A DNA stretch of 64,000 nt from Candidatus Saccharimonadota bacterium (GCA_046350735.1 JAXLZU010000001.1:307950-371949); one strand, 5' to 3'. Numbered from the stretch's first letter, positions 39,415-51,844 are shown. Numbers and translations: made by a program. The notes: generated by a model from the letters alone, not told the origin.

Positions 39415-42400
39415 ATGGCCAAAACCCCAGCTCCTTTGCGTATCTATGCAAACGAAACCAAAAAAGATATTCTGCCCTTACCAAATTTAATTAAAATTCA
39501 GCGCGATTCATACCAGTGGTTTGTCGATGAAGGACTAAAAGAACTTTTTGAAGAAGTTTCTCCTATCGAAGACTTTACCGGCAAAAAGTATTCCTTAACC
39601 CTTAAGGACTATCATTATGAAGCACCAAAGGCTTCAGAATCTTTGGCCAAAGAAAAAAATCTCAGCTACGAAGCCTCTCTAAAAGCTAATGTAGAGCTTC
39701 TCAATAAAGAAACCGGCGAAGTCAAAACGCAAGAAATTTTCTTGGGTGATTATCCAATTATGACAGACCGTGGTACTTTTATTATTAATGGCGTAGAACG
39801 TGTAGTAGTAAGCCAGTTGGTGCGTAGCCCTGGCGTTTTCTTTACTCGTGAAGCTGGTGCCGACTATTTTGGTGCCAAAATTATTCCTTCTCGTGGTGCC
39901 TGGCTCGAAATCGAAACTGGCCAAAACGGGGTAATGAGCGTAAAGATAGATCGCAAGCGTAAGATTGCTGTTACTGCACTATTGCGTGCCTTCGGTTATG
40001 GTACCGATAAAGAGCTCACCGAAATGTTTGCAGACGTTGATACTGGTGAGGTTAAATTTATTCAAGAAACTATCGCCAAAGATCCATCTCACTCAACTGC
40101 CGAAGCTCTAATGGAAGTCTATCGACGTATACGTCCAGGAGATATGGCTACCGTTGAGAACTCTAAGAGTCTAATAGATGGTATGTTCTTCGACTTTAAG
40201 CGTTACGATTTTTCTAAAGTGGGTCGATACAAGATGAACAAGCGTCTAGGCTTAGAATGCAAGAATATTCCAGAAAACCGCATTCTTCGTCGCGAAGACT
40301 TTGTGGCAATTATTAAAGAAGTAATTCGTATGAGCAACACGAATGCTCCAACCGAAGATATTGATCACCTAGGTAATCGCCGTCTTAAGATGGTTGGTGA
40401 GCTTATGCAGCAGCGCTTTAGAGTTGGTATTCTTCGTACCGAACGAATTGTAAAAGACCGTATGGGTATTGCTGATCCAGAAACTATCATGCCAGCCCAG
40501 CTAGTAAATGTTCGTCCAATTGTTGCTTCGGTTAAGGAATTCTTTGCTTCTCACCAACTAAGTCAGTTTATGGATCAAGTTAATCCACTGGCAGAAATTG
40601 TTCACAAGCGCCGATTAAATGCTATGGGTCCAGGTGGTTTGTCTCGAGAACGTGCTGGTTTTGAAGTTCGTGACGTGCACCGTACTCACTATGGCCGTAT
40701 TTGTCCTATTGAAACCCCAGAAGGACCAAACATTGGCTTGGTATCTACACTTGCTACCTATGCTCGGGTAAATGAGTATGGCTTTATAGAAAGCCCATAT
40801 CTAAAGGTTATTAATACTGCAGCTCCTGCTAAAGCTGTAGGAGAAATTCTTAGTCGTCAAGTAAAAGACAGCAAAGGTACTGTACTAGCAAAAGCACAAG
40901 AAAAAGTTACTGCTGCCTTGGCTAAGAAGTTAGAAAAAGCCGGTATCGAAGAAGTTCCATTAAAAGCCCGTCTTACCTCAGAAGTAGTTTATCTCGATGC
41001 CTCTGACGAAGAGAAAGCAGTGATTGCACAGGCTAATACACCAACCAATGAGCAAGGCTATTTTATAGAAAGTCGTGTATCGGTACGTGGTATTGGTGGT
41101 GAAGCTGACGAAGAAGATGTAAATAATGTAAGCTATATGGATGTTACTAGTAAGCAAACTGTTGGCGTATCTGCCAGTCTTATTCCATTCTTAGAACACG
41201 ATGATGCCAAACGTGCTCTCATGGGTGCAAACATGCAACGCCAAGCAGTAGCACTGGTACGACCAGACTCTCCAGTAGTTGGTACTGGTATAGAAGATAC
41301 TGTAGCAGTTGACTCTGGCCAAGTAATTGTTGCCGAAGAAGATGGTGAAGTTGTAAGCGCCACAGCTTCAGAAATTACCGTTAAATACAAAAAACTTGGT
41401 ACCAAAACATACGAGCTGATTACGTTTGTTCGTTCTAACCAGGCCAGCTGTATTCATCAGCGAACCGTTGCTCATGCCGGACAAAAAGTTAAAAAAGGTG
41501 ATATCCTTGCCGATGGTATGAGTACCCAAAATGGCGAGCTTGCCCTTGGGCAGAACGTAGTAGTAGCCTTTATGCCATTTGATGGTCTTAACTTTGAGGA
41601 TGCAATTGTACTTTCTCAACGACTCGTGCAAGACGATCGCTACACAAGCATCCATATCGAAACCCATCAAATTGATGTGCGCGATACCAAGCTAGGTCCA
41701 GAAGTTGTTACTCGCGATATTCCAAATGTATCAGAAGAAAGTCTTAAAGACCTCGATGACGAAGGTATTGTTCGTATCGGTGCCGAAGTAACTGCTGGTG
41801 ATATCTTGGTTGGTAAGATTACTCCAAAAGGCGAAACAGAACTCACCTCAGAAGAACGTTTATTGCGCGCTATCTTTGGCGAAAAGGCACGTGATGTAAA
41901 AGATACAAGTTTACGTATGCCAAACGGTGCTTCTGGTAAGGTAGTGGATGTTAAGATTTTGAGCCGCGAAGCTGGTGATGACTTGCCCGCTGGATGTATG
42001 ACACAGATCTATGTTGCTATTGCCGAACTTCGTAAGATTCAAGTAGGTGATAAAATGGCTGGTCGACATGGTGATAAGGGTGTTATTTCAAAAATTATGC
42101 CTATCGAAGATATGCCATACCTAGAAGATGGTACGCCTGTAGATATCGTACTAAACACTTTAGGTGTAGGTACTCGTATGAACCTCGGTCAGATACTCGA
42201 AACCCATCTTGGTTGGGCTGCTCAGGCACTTGGCTATAAGATTGCTAGCCCAGTCTTTAATGGAGTAAAAATTGACCAAATTAAAGCAGAACTTAAGAAG
42301 GCTGGTTTGCCAGAAGATGGTAAGGCCCAGCTTTACGACGGTTTTACTGGTGAGCCACTCACGCACAAAACTACCGTTGGGGTTAAATACATGCTGAAGC

Positions 42401-42933
42401 TACAGCATATGGTAGATGATAAGATTCATGCTCGCTCAACTGGTCCATACGCTATGGTTACCCAGCAGCCACTTGGTGGTAAAGCCCAAATGGGTGGACA
42501 GCGATTTGGTGAAATGGAAGTATGGGCACTTGAAGCTTATGGCGCAGCCAATACACTACAAGAAATTCTTACTATTAAGTCTGACGATGTTATTGGACGC
42601 TCAAAGGCATATGAATCAATCATTAAAGGTGAAGAGATTAAAGGCCCACGGGTACCAGAAAGCTTTAATGTGTTAGTTAAAGAATTGCAAAGTCTTGGTT
42701 TGGCAGTAGACCTCGAGCGTAGTAAGTTGGCTACAAGCATTGATGCCGAAGAAGTTTTGGCTGCCCAGACTGACGCCGAAGTAAAAGAATTAGCCGACGA
42801 AGAATTGTTGGTGGGAGAATCGGCAGCCGAAGGTGAGGCTATAGTTGACCTAACTGATGCTGGAGGCGGAGACGACTTTGCTGCATTGGCAGAAGCAGAA
42901 TTAACCAAAGATATAGAATCGGAAGAGGTATAA
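39415..42933 (+). CDS. rpoB: DNA-directed RNA polymerase beta subunit
   Basis: [42 protein letters not shown] motifs. Confidence 0.99.
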   Translation: MAKTPAPLRIYANETKKDILPLPNLIKIQRDSYQWFVDEGLKELFEEVSPIEDFTGKKYSLTLKDYHYEAPKASESLAKEKNLSYEASLKANVELLNKETGEVKTQEIFLGDYPIMTDRGTFIINGVERVVVSQLVRSPGVFFTREAGADYFGAKIIPSRGAWLEIETGQNGVMSVKIDRKRKIAVTALLRAFGYGTDKELTEMFADVDTGEVKFIQETIAKDPSHSTAEALMEVYRRIRPGDMATVENSKSLIDGMFFDFKRYDFSKVGRYKMNKRLGLECKNIPENRILRREDFVAIIKEVIRMSNTNAPTEDIDHLGNRRLKMVGELMQQRFRVGILRTERIVKDRMGIADPETIMPAQLVNVRPIVASVKEFFASHQLSQFMDQVNPLAEIVHKRRLNAMGPGGLSRERAGFEVRDVHRTHYGRICPIETPEGPNIGLVSTLATYARVNEYGFIESPYLKVINTAAPAKAVGEILSRQVKDSKGTVLAKAQEKVTAALAKKLEKAGIEEVPLKARLTSEVVYLDASDEEKAVIAQANTPTNEQGYFIESRVSVRGIGGEADEEDVNNVSYMDVTSKQTVGVSASLIPFLEHDDAKRALMGANMQRQAVALVRPDSPVVGTGIEDTVAVDSGQVIVAEEDGEVVSATASEITVKYKKLGTKTYELITFVRSNQASCIHQRTVAHAGQKVKKGDILADGMSTQNGELALGQNVVVAFMPFDGLNFEDAIVLSQRLVQDDRYTSIHIETHQIDVRDTKLGPEVVTRDIPNVSEESLKDLDDEGIVRIGAEVTAGDILVGKITPKGETELTSEERLLRAIFGEKARDVKDTSLRMPNGASGKVVDVKILSREAGDDLPAGCMTQIYVAIAELRKIQVGDKMAGRHGDKGVISKIMPIEDMPYLEDGTPVDIVLNTLGVGTRMNLGQILETHLGWAAQALGYKIASPVFNGVKIDQIKAELKKAGLPEDGKAQLYDGFTGEPLTHKTTVGVKYMLKLQHMVDDKIHARSTGPYAMVTQQPLGGKAQMGGQRFGEMEVWALEAYGAANTLQEILTIKSDDVIGRSKAYESIIKGEEIKGPRVPESFNVLVKELQSLGLAVDLERSKLATSIDAEEVLAAQTDAEVKELADEELLVGESAAEGEAIVDLTDAGGGDDFAALAEAELTKDIESEEV

Positions 42934-42935
42934 AA

Positions 42936-45900
42936 ATGGATAGAGACACACTTATTCACGAACAACAAATTATCGATTTCGATGGTATTCGCCTTGGCGT
43001 AGCCAGCTCAGATCATATTCTCGACTGGTCGCATGGTGAAGTGGTAAAACCAGAAACCATCAATTATCGTACACAAAAGCCAGAAAAAGATGGGTTATTC
43101 TGCGAAAAAATCTTCGGCCCTACTAAAGATTGGCAGTGTTACTGTGGTAAATATAAAGGCATTCGTTACAAAGGTATAGTTTGTGACAAATGTGGAGTTT
43201 TGGTAACTCGTGCGATTGTACGACGCGAACGAATGGGACATATTGGTCTATCTGTTCCAGTAGCTCACATCTGGTTCTTACGTGGTACACCAAGCCCAAT
43301 TAGTCTGGTACTTAATGTCGGTATTCGCGACCTAGAACGAGTTGTGTATTTTGCTAACTTTATCGTTACCGATGTCGATGAGAAGCTAAAGACCGAGGCC
43401 CTAGAAGAACTCGATCGCGACTTTAATACAAAACGCAAAGATATTTTGCAGAAGCATCAAATAAAAGATGCAAAAAATGCCGAGATTTCAGAAGAAGCCA
43501 CCAAAGAGCTAACTGACCTCGAGACTAACTATACGAATGCCAAGACCGATCTAAGTAATTTGGCTAAATACCAATTGCTTCCAGAAGGTCGTTACCGCGA
43601 GCTTAATATGAAGTTTGGGCAGGTATTTAAAGCTGGTATTGGTGCCGAAGCACTTCAATTGCTTTTGGAAGAAATCGATCTTAAAAAACTTGTAAAAGAT
43701 CTTCGTAAAGAGTCAGAAGAAGCACAGGGACAAAAGAAGAAAAAAGCTCTTAAGCGCCTTAAGCTAATTGAAGGCATGGAGCAAGCTGGTATTCGTCCAG
43801 AATCGATGATAATGACTAATGTACCTGTTATTCCACCAGATTTGCGACCAATGGTACAGCTCGACGGTGGTCGTTTTGCAGCATCAGATCTTAACGATTT
43901 GTATCGTCGTGTAATTAATCGTAATAACCGACTTAAGAAGCTCTATAACCTACAAGCCCCAGAAGTAATTTGCCGCAACGAAAAGCGAATGCTACAAGAA
44001 GCTGTGGATGCACTTATCGATAACAATGCTCGACGTGATCGTGCCGTTTCTGCAGCTGGTAGTCGTAAAAAGCTAAAGAGCTTAACAGACTTGCTCAAAG
44101 GTAAGCAGGGACGATTTAGACAGAACTTGCTTGGTAAGCGCGTAGATTATTCTGGTCGATCAGTAATTGTTATTGGTCCGCATCTTAAGCTAGACCAGTG
44201 TGGTCTACCTAAGATGATGGCGCTCGAGCTCTTTAAGCCATTTGTTATTGGCCAGTTAATAGAAAAAGGCATTGCTCATAATGTAAAAAGTGCTAGTAGA
44301 ATGATAGAGCGAGCACGTACAGAAGTTTGGGATACACTAGAAGAAGTTATTTCTGGCAAATACGTGTTACTTAACCGTGCGCCTACCTTGCACCGTCTTG
44401 GTATTCAGGCTTTTAAACCAGTCTTAATTGAAGGTAAAGCTATTCAGCTTCACCCAATGGTATGTACTGCCTTTAATGCCGACTTCGATGGTGACCAAAT
44501 GGCTGTACACGTTCCACTGTCTGAAGCTGCACAGGCCGAAGCCCGAGAAATAATGCTTTCTAAGATTAACTTGCTTAAGCCAAGTAGTGGTGAGCCAGTT
44601 GTTAACCCAAGCCAAGATATTGTGTTAGGCTGCTACTTCTTAACCAGCGAAATTACTGAAGGTTTGGGTGCTGGTAAGGTATTTAGTAATACCGATGAAG
44701 CAATTATGGCTTTCCAAGAAAAATGTGTAGATTTGCGAGCAAAAATTAAAGTCCGCCTCGAGAGTGGTATTATCGAAACTACTCCTGGCCGTCTACTCTT
44801 TAATGAAATCCTGCCACCAGAAATTGATTTTGTTAACGAGACAGTAACTAAGAGCAAGCTAAAACGCATTATGGCACAAGTCTTTACTATAAAAGGCCAA
44901 GAAGCCACAGCAGACCTAGCTGATGCTATTAAGAACCTTGGTTTCCGCTATGCTACTAGCTCTGGTATCTCAATTGGTATGGATGACCTAGTTATTCCTG
45001 CCAACCGCGATAAATTAGTAGCTGCCGCCGAAGCAAAGACTATCGAGTATATTAATCAGTACCAACAAGGTCTTATTACTAACGAAGAACGTCGTGCTCA
45101 CACCGTAGATGTATGGAAGAAGACTGGTGAAGAGGTAGAAGCAGAACTAGAAAATACTCTTCTCGAATCTGACTCTACACTGTATGACGATTTGCAGTCA
45201 GGTGCACGTGCTAGTATTGGTCAGATAAATAAGATGAGCGGTATGCTTGGTCTAATGCTTTCTCCTTCGGGACGTATTATTGAGCTACCGGTAAAATCTA
45301 ACTATAAAGATGGTTTGGGAGTGCTTGAATACTTTATCTCTACGCATGGTGCCCGTAAGGGTCTTACCGACACGGCTTTGCGAACTTCAGAGTCTGGATA
45401 TCTTACCCGTCGTCTGGTTGATGTTGCTCAGGACGTTGTAATTACCGAACCAGATTGTGGCGACAAAGAAGGCTACATTATGACTCGCAGCGAAGCTTTG
45501 GCTACTGGTGAAGAAGGCTTGAGTGCCTGGATAGCTGGCCGTACTGCGATGAAGAAAGTTGTTCATCCAAAGACCAACGAAGTAATTGTAAAAGCCGGAG
45601 CTACAATTGGTGATGATGCTGCAAAGCTTATCGACCAACTCGAAATAGAAGCTGTGCATATCCGCTCTATTCTCAAGTGTAAAAGCACTTGGGGTCTATG
45701 CCAGCGCTGTTACGGTCTCGATTTGGCTAAAGGCACACCTATCGAAATGGGAGAAGCTGTTGGTATTGTAGCCGCCCAAAGTATTGGTGAGCCAGGTACC
45801 CAGCTAACCATGAACACCAAACACTCTACTGGTATTGGTGGTGATATTACTCAAGGTTTACCGCGTGTTGAAGAAATTTTTGAAGCTCGCGCACCAAAGG

Positions 45901-46727
45901 GCCAAGCTATCTTGGCCGACATTGAGGGTACTGTTAAGATTACCAAAAAAGATAATAAGCAGCTTATTACAGTAATTCCGCTAAATCAAAAAGTTACCGA
46001 ATACGAGCTAAAAGACATGAAGCCATCTGTTAAAACTGGTGATACTGTAAAAAGAAGTGCTGTAATGGCCAAGTCAGCTGACGGTAAGAAGACTATTAAA
46101 GCTGGTGGTAACGGTACTGTAAAAGTTACCAAAGATGGTATTACTCTTGTACATGAAGGCGGCAACTTGCGCGAGTATACTGTGAGTGAATATACCACTC
46201 TCGAAGTAAAGAATGGCGATACAGTCTCTATTGGCCAACGTCTTACTGAGGGATCGGTTAACTTACAAGACATGCTCTTGCTTAGTGGTGAAGAAGCTGT
46301 ACAGCGTTATATTATTGACGAAGTACAAGCTATCTACTTAAGTCAGGGCCAAACAATTGCTGCCAAGCACATTGAGGTGATTATTCGTCAGATGTTTAGT
46401 CGTGTACGTATTGAAGAACCAAACGATACAGATTTTATTTCTGGTGATATTGTTTCTACTACTGCACTCAACGAAGAAAATATGCGTGCAAAAGACAATA
46501 AGGGCAAACCAGCTACTTATGAGAAGCTATTAATGCCAATTACTAAGATTTCTACTAGTTCTGATAGCTGGCTCTCTGCTGCTAGCTTCCAAGAAACCAC
46601 CAAGGTGCTTATTTCTGGAGCCATGCGTGGCAAGGTAGACAAGCTTCATGGTCTAAAAGAAAACGTTATTATCGGTCGGTTAATTCCTGTCGGTACTGGT
46701 TTTCGTGATGATGAAGATAATGCTTGA
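42936..46727 (+). CDS. rpoC: DNA-directed RNA polymerase beta' subunit
   Basis: NADFDGD catalytic motif; [10 protein letters not shown]; zinc-binding N-terminus. Confidence 0.99.
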   Translation: MDRDTLIHEQQIIDFDGIRLGVASSDHILDWSHGEVVKPETINYRTQKPEKDGLFCEKIFGPTKDWQCYCGKYKGIRYKGIVCDKCGVLVTRAIVRRERMGHIGLSVPVAHIWFLRGTPSPISLVLNVGIRDLERVVYFANFIVTDVDEKLKTEALEELDRDFNTKRKDILQKHQIKDAKNAEISEEATKELTDLETNYTNAKTDLSNLAKYQLLPEGRYRELNMKFGQVFKAGIGAEALQLLLEEIDLKKLVKDLRKESEEAQGQKKKKALKRLKLIEGMEQAGIRPESMIMTNVPVIPPDLRPMVQLDGGRFAASDLNDLYRRVINRNNRLKKLYNLQAPEVICRNEKRMLQEAVDALIDNNARRDRAVSAAGSRKKLKSLTDLLKGKQGRFRQNLLGKRVDYSGRSVIVIGPHLKLDQCGLPKMMALELFKPFVIGQLIEKGIAHNVKSASRMIERARTEVWDTLEEVISGKYVLLNRAPTLHRLGIQAFKPVLIEGKAIQLHPMVCTAFNADFDGDQMAVHVPLSEAAQAEAREIMLSKINLLKPSSGEPVVNPSQDIVLGCYFLTSEITEGLGAGKVFSNTDEAIMAFQEKCVDLRAKIKVRLESGIIETTPGRLLFNEILPPEIDFVNETVTKSKLKRIMAQVFTIKGQEATADLADAIKNLGFRYATSSGISIGMDDLVIPANRDKLVAAAEAKTIEYINQYQQGLITNEERRAHTVDVWKKTGEEVEAELENTLLESDSTLYDDLQSGARASIGQINKMSGMLGLMLSPSGRIIELPVKSNYKDGLGVLEYFISTHGARKGLTDTALRTSESGYLTRRLVDVAQDVVITEPDCGDKEGYIMTRSEALATGEEGLSAWIAGRTAMKKVVHPKTNEVIVKAGATIGDDAAKLIDQLEIEAVHIRSILKCKSTWGLCQRCYGLDLAKGTPIEMGEAVGIVAAQSIGEPGTQLTMNTKHSTGIGGDITQGLPRVEEIFEARAPKGQAILADIEGTVKITKKDNKQLITVIPLNQKVTEYELKDMKPSVKTGDTVKRSAVMAKSADGKKTIKAGGNGTVKVTKDGITLVHEGGNLREYTVSEYTTLEVKNGDTVSIGQRLTEGSVNLQDMLLLSGEEAVQRYIIDEVQAIYLSQGQTIAAKHIEVIIRQMFSRVRIEEPNDTDFISGDIVSTTALNEENMRAKDNKGKPATYEKLLMPITKISTSSDSWLSAASFQETTKVLISGAMRGKVDKLHGLKENVIIGRLIPVGTGFRDDEDNA

Positions 46728-46761
46728 TTAACAGATAAGAATCTGATAGAATACTTTTGTT

Positions 46762-47187
46762 ATGCCAACAATCAACCAACTAATTCGCAAACCACGTGTT
46801 CGTAAAGTAAAGAAAACCAAGGCTCCAGCCCTGGGGAAGAGCTTTAACGCACTTAAAGTCCGCTCTACTAGCATGAACTCACCACTAAAACGTGGGGTTT
46901 GTACAAAAGTGTTTACCCAAACACCTAAGAAGCCAAACTCGGCGCTTCGTAAGGTTGCCCGTGTACGCCTTACAAACGGTATGGAAGTAACTGCCTATAT
47001 TGGTGGTGAAGGTCACAACCTGCAAGAACACTCTGTTGTGCTGATTCGTGGTGGCCGTGTAAAAGACTTACCTGGTGTGCGTTATCACGTGGTACGTGGT
47101 GCGCTCGACACCGGTGGGGTATCAGATCGCAAACAAGGTCGTAGCAAATATGGTACCAAGCTAGAAAAGGGCGGAAAGAGCGAATAA
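46762..47187 (+). CDS. rpsL: 30S ribosomal protein S12
   Basis: [11 protein letters not shown] and [12 protein letters not shown] motifs. Confidence 0.99.
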   Translation: MPTINQLIRKPRVRKVKKTKAPALGKSFNALKVRSTSMNSPLKRGVCTKVFTQTPKKPNSALRKVARVRLTNGMEVTAYIGGEGHNLQEHSVVLIRGGRVKDLPGVRYHVVRGALDTGGVSDRKQGRSKYGTKLEKGGKSE

Positions 47188-47663
47188 TGCCAAGAAAAAC
47201 TACCAAATCTCTCAAACGAGTTATTCCAGCAGATACTAAGTATCAGAATGTTTTGGTGCAAAAAACCATCAATAAGGTAATGAAAGACGGCAAAAAACGT
47301 CTTGCCGAGAACTTGGTTTATTCTGCAATAGAATCTGCTGCTGCCAAGAGCAAGAAAGAACCTGTAGAAATTCTCGAGCTAGCGGTAAAGAATGTTAGCC
47401 CAGCGGTAATGGTAAAGAGCAAGCGTATTGGCGGTGCTAACTATCAGGTACCTATGGAAGTTAGAGGCGATAGAAAAACCCACTATGCACTTACCTGGAT
47501 ATTGGATAGTGCTCGTAACAAGTCTGGTAAGAGTTTCGACAAAAAACTCTCTGCCGAGCTATTAGCTGCAGCCAATAACGAAGGTGATGCCATTAAGAAA
47601 AAACAGGATGCTCACCAAATGGCCGAGGCTAACAAGGCCTTTGCTCACTTTGCCAGATACTAA
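47187..47663 (+). CDS. rpsG: 30S ribosomal protein S7
   Basis: RIGGANYQVP and MAEANKAFAH motifs. Confidence 0.98.
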   Translation: MPRKTTKSLKRVIPADTKYQNVLVQKTINKVMKDGKKRLAENLVYSAIESAAAKSKKEPVEILELAVKNVSPAVMVKSKRIGGANYQVPMEVRGDRKTHYALTWILDSARNKSGKSFDKKLSAELLAAANNEGDAIKKKQDAHQMAEANKAFAHFARY

Positions 47664-47671
47664 GCAAATAT

Positions 47672-47734
47672 CAAAAAACCACCTGAAAATGGTGGTTTTT
47701 TGATATATAAAAACCCAATCATTGCCGATTGGGT
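47672..47734. terminator. rpsG terminator followed immediately by the terminator of an antisense unit
   Basis: aaaaaaccacc-tgaaaat-ggtggtttttt, then acccaatc-attgcc-gattgggt. Confidence 0.8.
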
Positions 47735-48108
47735 ATATTTGCACGTTGATTCTTGACTCTCTGATAAATCTTTATCCCGGGCCAGCTTAGTAGCCAGATA
47801 GTAAAGATTGGCCAGCAAAGAATTGCTAAAACTATTTTTGGCTGAGTATCTACCTGGATCTTGCTCCAGCCTCGAAACCCATAGCAATACTTCTGAGAAA
47901 TCCTTTTTGATAGTGAGAAGGTATTGTTAAGCCAGGCTGGCGTTCCACTGAATAGTACGATTAGTACACGTATGGTAAAGTCGGGATTAACAGATATAAC
48001 CAGAATTAATGTAAAGAAGAAGAGGTAGCAAATATAGGCTTTTACTACAGCAAAGGCAAACTCACCATATGGCGCATTTCTCCTGCTAACGAGCTCTTCT
48101 GTCTCCAT
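47719..48108 (-). CDS. Small membrane protein (accessory unit)
   Basis: TM helices; TTGTAA-17-TATTAT promoter; GAACCT leader; GGAG SD. Confidence 0.65.
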   Translation of the reverse strand: METEELVSRRNAPYGEFAFAVVKAYICYLFFFTLILVISVNPDFTIRVLIVLFSGTPAWLNNTFSLSKRISQKYCYGFRGWSKIQVDTQPKIVLAILCWPIFTIWLLSWPGIKIYQRVKNQRANIPNRQ

Positions 48109-48186
48109 GTCGCTCCATGGCCTAGAGGTTCAAAGCTAGAATATAATACCACAAATTATTAATTATTACAATAAAAAACCCAAACT

Positions 48187-48591
48187 CTAAAGTTCGGGTA
48201 GTGCAGCTAAAAGTGCTGCATACATCTCATCGATGATTTTCTGTAGCTCATCGATTTCAAACATCTGACATTCTTCAGAAAACTGGCTATATACAGCGAT
48301 GTACTTTTCTCTTAACTCGTAACTGTCAATCTCACCAAATCGATTTTGTTCGAAAGCATGCTTGAAGGCTTCCTCTGCTTCTTTCAATATTCTCTGCTTG
48401 AGCGTTGCTTTGTATTTGAGTAATTCAATCTTATTGGCAGAATTTTCTTCTAATTCATGGAGATATTTTGCTTGGTAGCTTCTTTTTTGTAGCAGAGCTA
48501 CGACTATATTGGTAATAACTTCAAGAACCTTTGTAATACTGAGAAAGATAACAAGAGCAAAGATGACATTGATTTCATCGGCTGTTGTCAC
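48187..48591 (-). CDS. Membrane-anchored hypothetical protein (accessory unit)
   Basis: N-terminal TM; TTTACT-17-TAATAT promoter; GTACC-AGGAGG leader; TAG in the hairpin loop. Confidence 0.7.
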   Translation of the reverse strand: MTTADEINVIFALVIFLSITKVLEVITNIVVALLQKRSYQAKYLHELEENSANKIELLKYKATLKQRILKEAEEAFKHAFEQNRFGEIDSYELREKYIAVYSQFSEECQMFEIDELQKIIDEMYAALLAALPEL

Positions 48592-48666
48592 CCGTAACCA
48601 CCTCCTGGTACAAGACTACGATATATTATCATAATATTAGTATTTAGTAAATAAAAAACCCAATCA

Positions 48667-49212
48667 TTACTGATTGGGAAGTATTTTGGCCAGAACTTGG
48701 CTGAGACGTGGTTCGGCCAGGCCGGTGCCATAGTTCCACATTAACCCTTTATAGTGACGGCGACCATAGCTACCCAGCTCAATGCCGGTGTAGTGTTCTA
48801 CTATATCGGTTTGTTCATACGGAAAGTATTGGTACTTTGTCTTGCAGTAACCCGTAAAGAACCCTAATGCAATATATGCAAGCTCCATAAAACTAGTTGG
48901 TTGATTCGTAATCTCGATAAGCTCGACTTTGTAGAAGTAGGGGAGGTGTAGCTCGTCGTATGCTTCATCTCGAAAACAAGGTGTAGTGCACTGATATCTA
49001 CCCTCAGAGAGCTCATTATTGAGTATTAAGTGCAAAAAACTTTGCTCGCCGCTGGCTGGCAAAAACCCGCCAAGTGTAAAGAATGGAAAAGATCCTTCAG
49101 GAAAAGTTGCTTCGTATGCTTCTCGACAAACCACCCAAGGAACATCAATTTTTTTAAACCCCGCTGCTTCATAATAGGCTTCGGCAGCAGCAATTTTGGT
49201 GTGATCAATCAT
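48667..49212 (-). CDS. Minimal class II aminoacyl-tRNA synthetase-like catalytic domain protein
   Basis: Motif 2-like PCFRDE...YFYKVEL and motif 3-like GTGLAEPRL; only 181 aa, no anticodon-binding domain. Confidence 0.7.
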   Translation of the reverse strand: MIDHTKIAAAEAYYEAAGFKKIDVPWVVCREAYEATFPEGSFPFFTLGGFLPASGEQSFLHLILNNELSEGRYQCTTPCFRDEAYDELHLPYFYKVELIEITNQPTSFMELAYIALGFFTGYCKTKYQYFPYEQTDIVEHYTGIELGSYGRRHYKGLMWNYGTGLAEPRLSQVLAKILPNQ

Positions 49213-49472
49213 TTTCTTGCTCCGTTCTGGAATGCGCGAGCAGTGATATTACTCATAACAATCAGGTCATTCAGACTAATCGAAGGATGTTCTTCTTGTA
49301 GATAGAGACGAATGGCACCGATGAGATCACTCAACTCTTGCAGAGCCATCAGACTACATTCTTGTTCGAGTGCATCCTCAAACTCCTCAAGTTCCTCTCG
49401 TATCTTACCGGCGCTCCCTGTAGGTTGTTTTGCAATATCTGCTAGGTGGTAACCTGGTTTTTTTACCGGCAT
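49209..49472 (-). CDS. MazG-like all-alpha NTP pyrophosphohydrolase
   Basis: KIREELEEF...ELSDL (EExxE...ExxD) pattern; coupled to both neighbours. Confidence 0.65.
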   Translation of the reverse strand: MPVKKPGYHLADIAKQPTGSAGKIREELEEFEDALEQECSLMALQELSDLIGAIRLYLQEEHPSISLNDLIVMSNITARAFQNGARK

Positions 49473-50086
49473 ATTGCCCCTCCTTTGGTCGTAGTAATAA
49501 TTAGCTCATGAACTTGTGCAATCTTTTCTTCGAGTGGAATTATAGAGCTAATACAATGGAAATTATTTCTTAGTTTCCAAACGTCAAAAGTGAGTTGGTT
49601 TACTCGCTTTGCATCCCCCAGGGATTCATATCGGTGCTCATTACCGATTTTGCCAAACAGATCGGGTTTGCCTACTGCGAGAGATTCTAGAAAAATAACT
49701 AGGTTATAACGACGTTGTAGCGTGTTTATAGTTATATCGAATTGGGATGTGAAGCCAGAAGTATTCTCGGGATGATAAGCAGCGATGTCAATCATTCCTC
49801 TGTCGCAGATCATTAAACTTTTTCTTTCAAGTCTAGCTTCTGCAACTGCTAAATCTTCTAGTGCTAACTGTGTATGATAGACTGCACTCTGAAAATGTCG
49901 CATCCAGCTATTAAATTGTTCATTACCAAGAAACCTTTGTGCTGGGGGTGGTGGAAACCCACCACTAAGAATAAGTGTGGCACATTCTGGTACAAAAACT
50001 GCTTCTTCATTCAATCTATCTTTTAATGCATTTACCACGGTAGTTTTACCTGCACATGGACCGCCAGTAATCACTATTTTTTTCAT
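49463..50086 (-). CDS. P-loop nucleotide kinase-like ATPase (AAA_28/NadR-like)
   Basis: KKIVITGGPCAGKTT, VPE.A, ICDRG..D; SD AAGGAG with GTACCT leader. Confidence 0.8.
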   Translation of the reverse strand: MKKIVITGGPCAGKTTVVNALKDRLNEEAVFVPECATLILSGGFPPPPAQRFLGNEQFNSWMRHFQSAVYHTQLALEDLAVAEARLERKSLMICDRGMIDIAAYHPENTSGFTSQFDITINTLQRRYNLVIFLESLAVGKPDLFGKIGNEHRYESLGDAKRVNQLTFDVWKLRNNFHCISSIIPLEEKIAQVHELIITTTKGGAICR

Positions 50087-50225
50087 TTGTCTCCTTCGGT
50101 TGTTAAGGTACTTTTCCACATTATATTTACCTCAAAATTTTATCTAGTCTAGAGATTTTTACTCAAAATTATTTAACCAATCAATAAATTGACTCAAATA
50201 ATCTGTGGATATATAGTACTTAGTA

Positions 50226-50894
50226 ATGACACATCACATCCAGAAACAGATTTTAGCCAAACTTATTTCACATCCGTATTTGCGGTTTAGCAGGCTAAAG
50301 CCAAGCAATATTGAGAGTAACCACTTTATGTACCATCTTAAATCTCTTATGCGAGAGGGTTTGGTAGTAAAAAACGACGAGGGTTTGTATTTACTTAGTG
50401 CCGAGGGTAAACAGTTTGCCGATAACTTAAGTCTCGATACATACAAACCTCGCAAACAGCCTAATATTGTCACACTGGTCACTTGTCAGAACGAAAAAGG
50501 GCAATGGCTGGTATACAAACGAGCTCGCCAACCATTAATTAACCAAGTGGGGTTTGTATATGGCAAAGTTCATTTGGGCGAAACAGTCTCAGAAGCTGCT
50601 CATAGAGAGTTAAAAGAAAAGACTGGCTTACAATGCGAGCTTACCCACAAGGGCGATGGCTACATTACTATTTACGAAAGTAATGAGCCTGTAAGTCAGA
50701 TACTGTTTCATATGTTTTATGGAAGAAATCCGTATGGAGAAATTAAGCCAACCAAAAAGCCGGGTACGGCCTCGTGGGCATGGCAAGAAGAATTTGGCCA
50801 CCCGCCTTATATGGCAAGCATGCCAGAGCTAGCCCGACTCGCTAAAGAACCAGGTGAGAGATTCTTTGTAGAACTAACATATAAACCAGGTTAG
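50226..50894 (+). CDS. Winged-helix plus NUDIX domain protein
   Basis: N-terminal YHLKSL...GLV wHTH; G...LGETVSEAAHRELKEKTGL Nudix box. Confidence 0.8.
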   Translation: MTHHIQKQILAKLISHPYLRFSRLKPSNIESNHFMYHLKSLMREGLVVKNDEGLYLLSAEGKQFADNLSLDTYKPRKQPNIVTLVTCQNEKGQWLVYKRARQPLINQVGFVYGKVHLGETVSEAAHRELKEKTGLQCELTHKGDGYITIYESNEPVSQILFHMFYGRNPYGEIKPTKKPGTASWAWQEEFGHPPYMASMPELARLAKEPGERFFVELTYKPG

Positions 50895-50945
50895 AGATAT
50901 AAAAAATTGGCCTTATCTCTAATAAGGTAAATAAAAACCCCAACC

Positions 50946-51527
50946 TTAGTTGGGGGTAGTGGTGAGTTTTTGGATGACAAATTTGTCTCTGTCTCGATCA
51001 AAAATCTGCTTCATCCGAAATTCGATTTCGGAGAGCAATTTGTCTAGATCAAAACCCATTAGCCTATATTGTGACATGAGAGAATTCAAAATAGGGTAAG
51101 GAATTTCTTGCAAGAAGAAGCAACGATCATACGGAATTCTAACCATATCATTTGGATCATAATCGTCCCAAAATGACCACTCTACATATATTACTTCAGA
51201 ATCAGTATTATTCAATTTATTTGCAGCAATCATGCAAAGTGCATACACCAAATATTGTACACGATTCATGCCCTCAGTGATTTTTTGGTTTAGTTCGTTT
51301 CGCAGGGTTTCTGTACTGAGATCGAGAATCTGATCGTAGGTAAGACCAAGCTTCTCACAGTGCTCTACTACAACTGCAGAACTTTCTGGCTCGGAGAATC
51401 CATCTACTACGGCAATCTCCCAGAAGACACTGGCAATAGATTCTACAGCAAACACCGAATCTGGAAATTCCTTCTTTTTGGCAATTTCGAGTAGTATTGG
51501 GAGGGCTGCAACGAGTTTCTCGTCCAC
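50946..51527 (-). CDS. Hypothetical protein (accessory unit)
   Basis: TTGACA-17-TATGTT promoter; TTCGTACCT leader; TAA in the hairpin loop. Confidence 0.7.
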   Translation of the reverse strand: MDEKLVAALPILLEIAKKKEFPDSVFAVESIASVFWEIAVVDGFSEPESSAVVVEHCEKLGLTYDQILDLSTETLRNELNQKITEGMNRVQYLVYALCMIAANKLNNTDSEVIYVEWSFWDDYDPNDMVRIPYDRCFFLQEIPYPILNSLMSQYRLMGFDLDKLLSEIEFRMKQIFDRDRDKFVIQKLTTTPN

Positions 51528-51607
51528 TTCTGGGCCTTTCGAGGTACGAATAGGTATGTATAAACATATACTTCATAGGTGTATTTGTCAAGTAAAAAGC
51601 CCCGGTG

Positions 51608-51844
51608 TTAACCAGGGCGAAGAGAATAGAGGGAATACGCTATCATTAACGCTGCAGATGTCCAAAATACAAACAAGACCCCTAGTAGTGCATTTCTATC
51701 GCTTCTGCGTAGATACTTGGCCATCTCAGCCGAGCTTGCGCCTTCGTAATTACTTGGCGATTTACGCCAGCCATAAATAAAGACAAAGCCAAGAGCAATC
51801 AATACAACTGATAGAAAAAGCAAAAAACCTATCCCGATACTCAT
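51608..51844 (-). CDS. Small two-TM membrane protein
   Basis: ATGA overlap with the upstream ORF; TAA in the hairpin loop. Confidence 0.65.
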   Translation of the reverse strand: MSIGIGFLLFLSVVLIALGFVFIYGWRKSPSNYEGASSAEMAKYLRRSDRNALLGVLFVFWTSAALMIAYSLYSLRPG

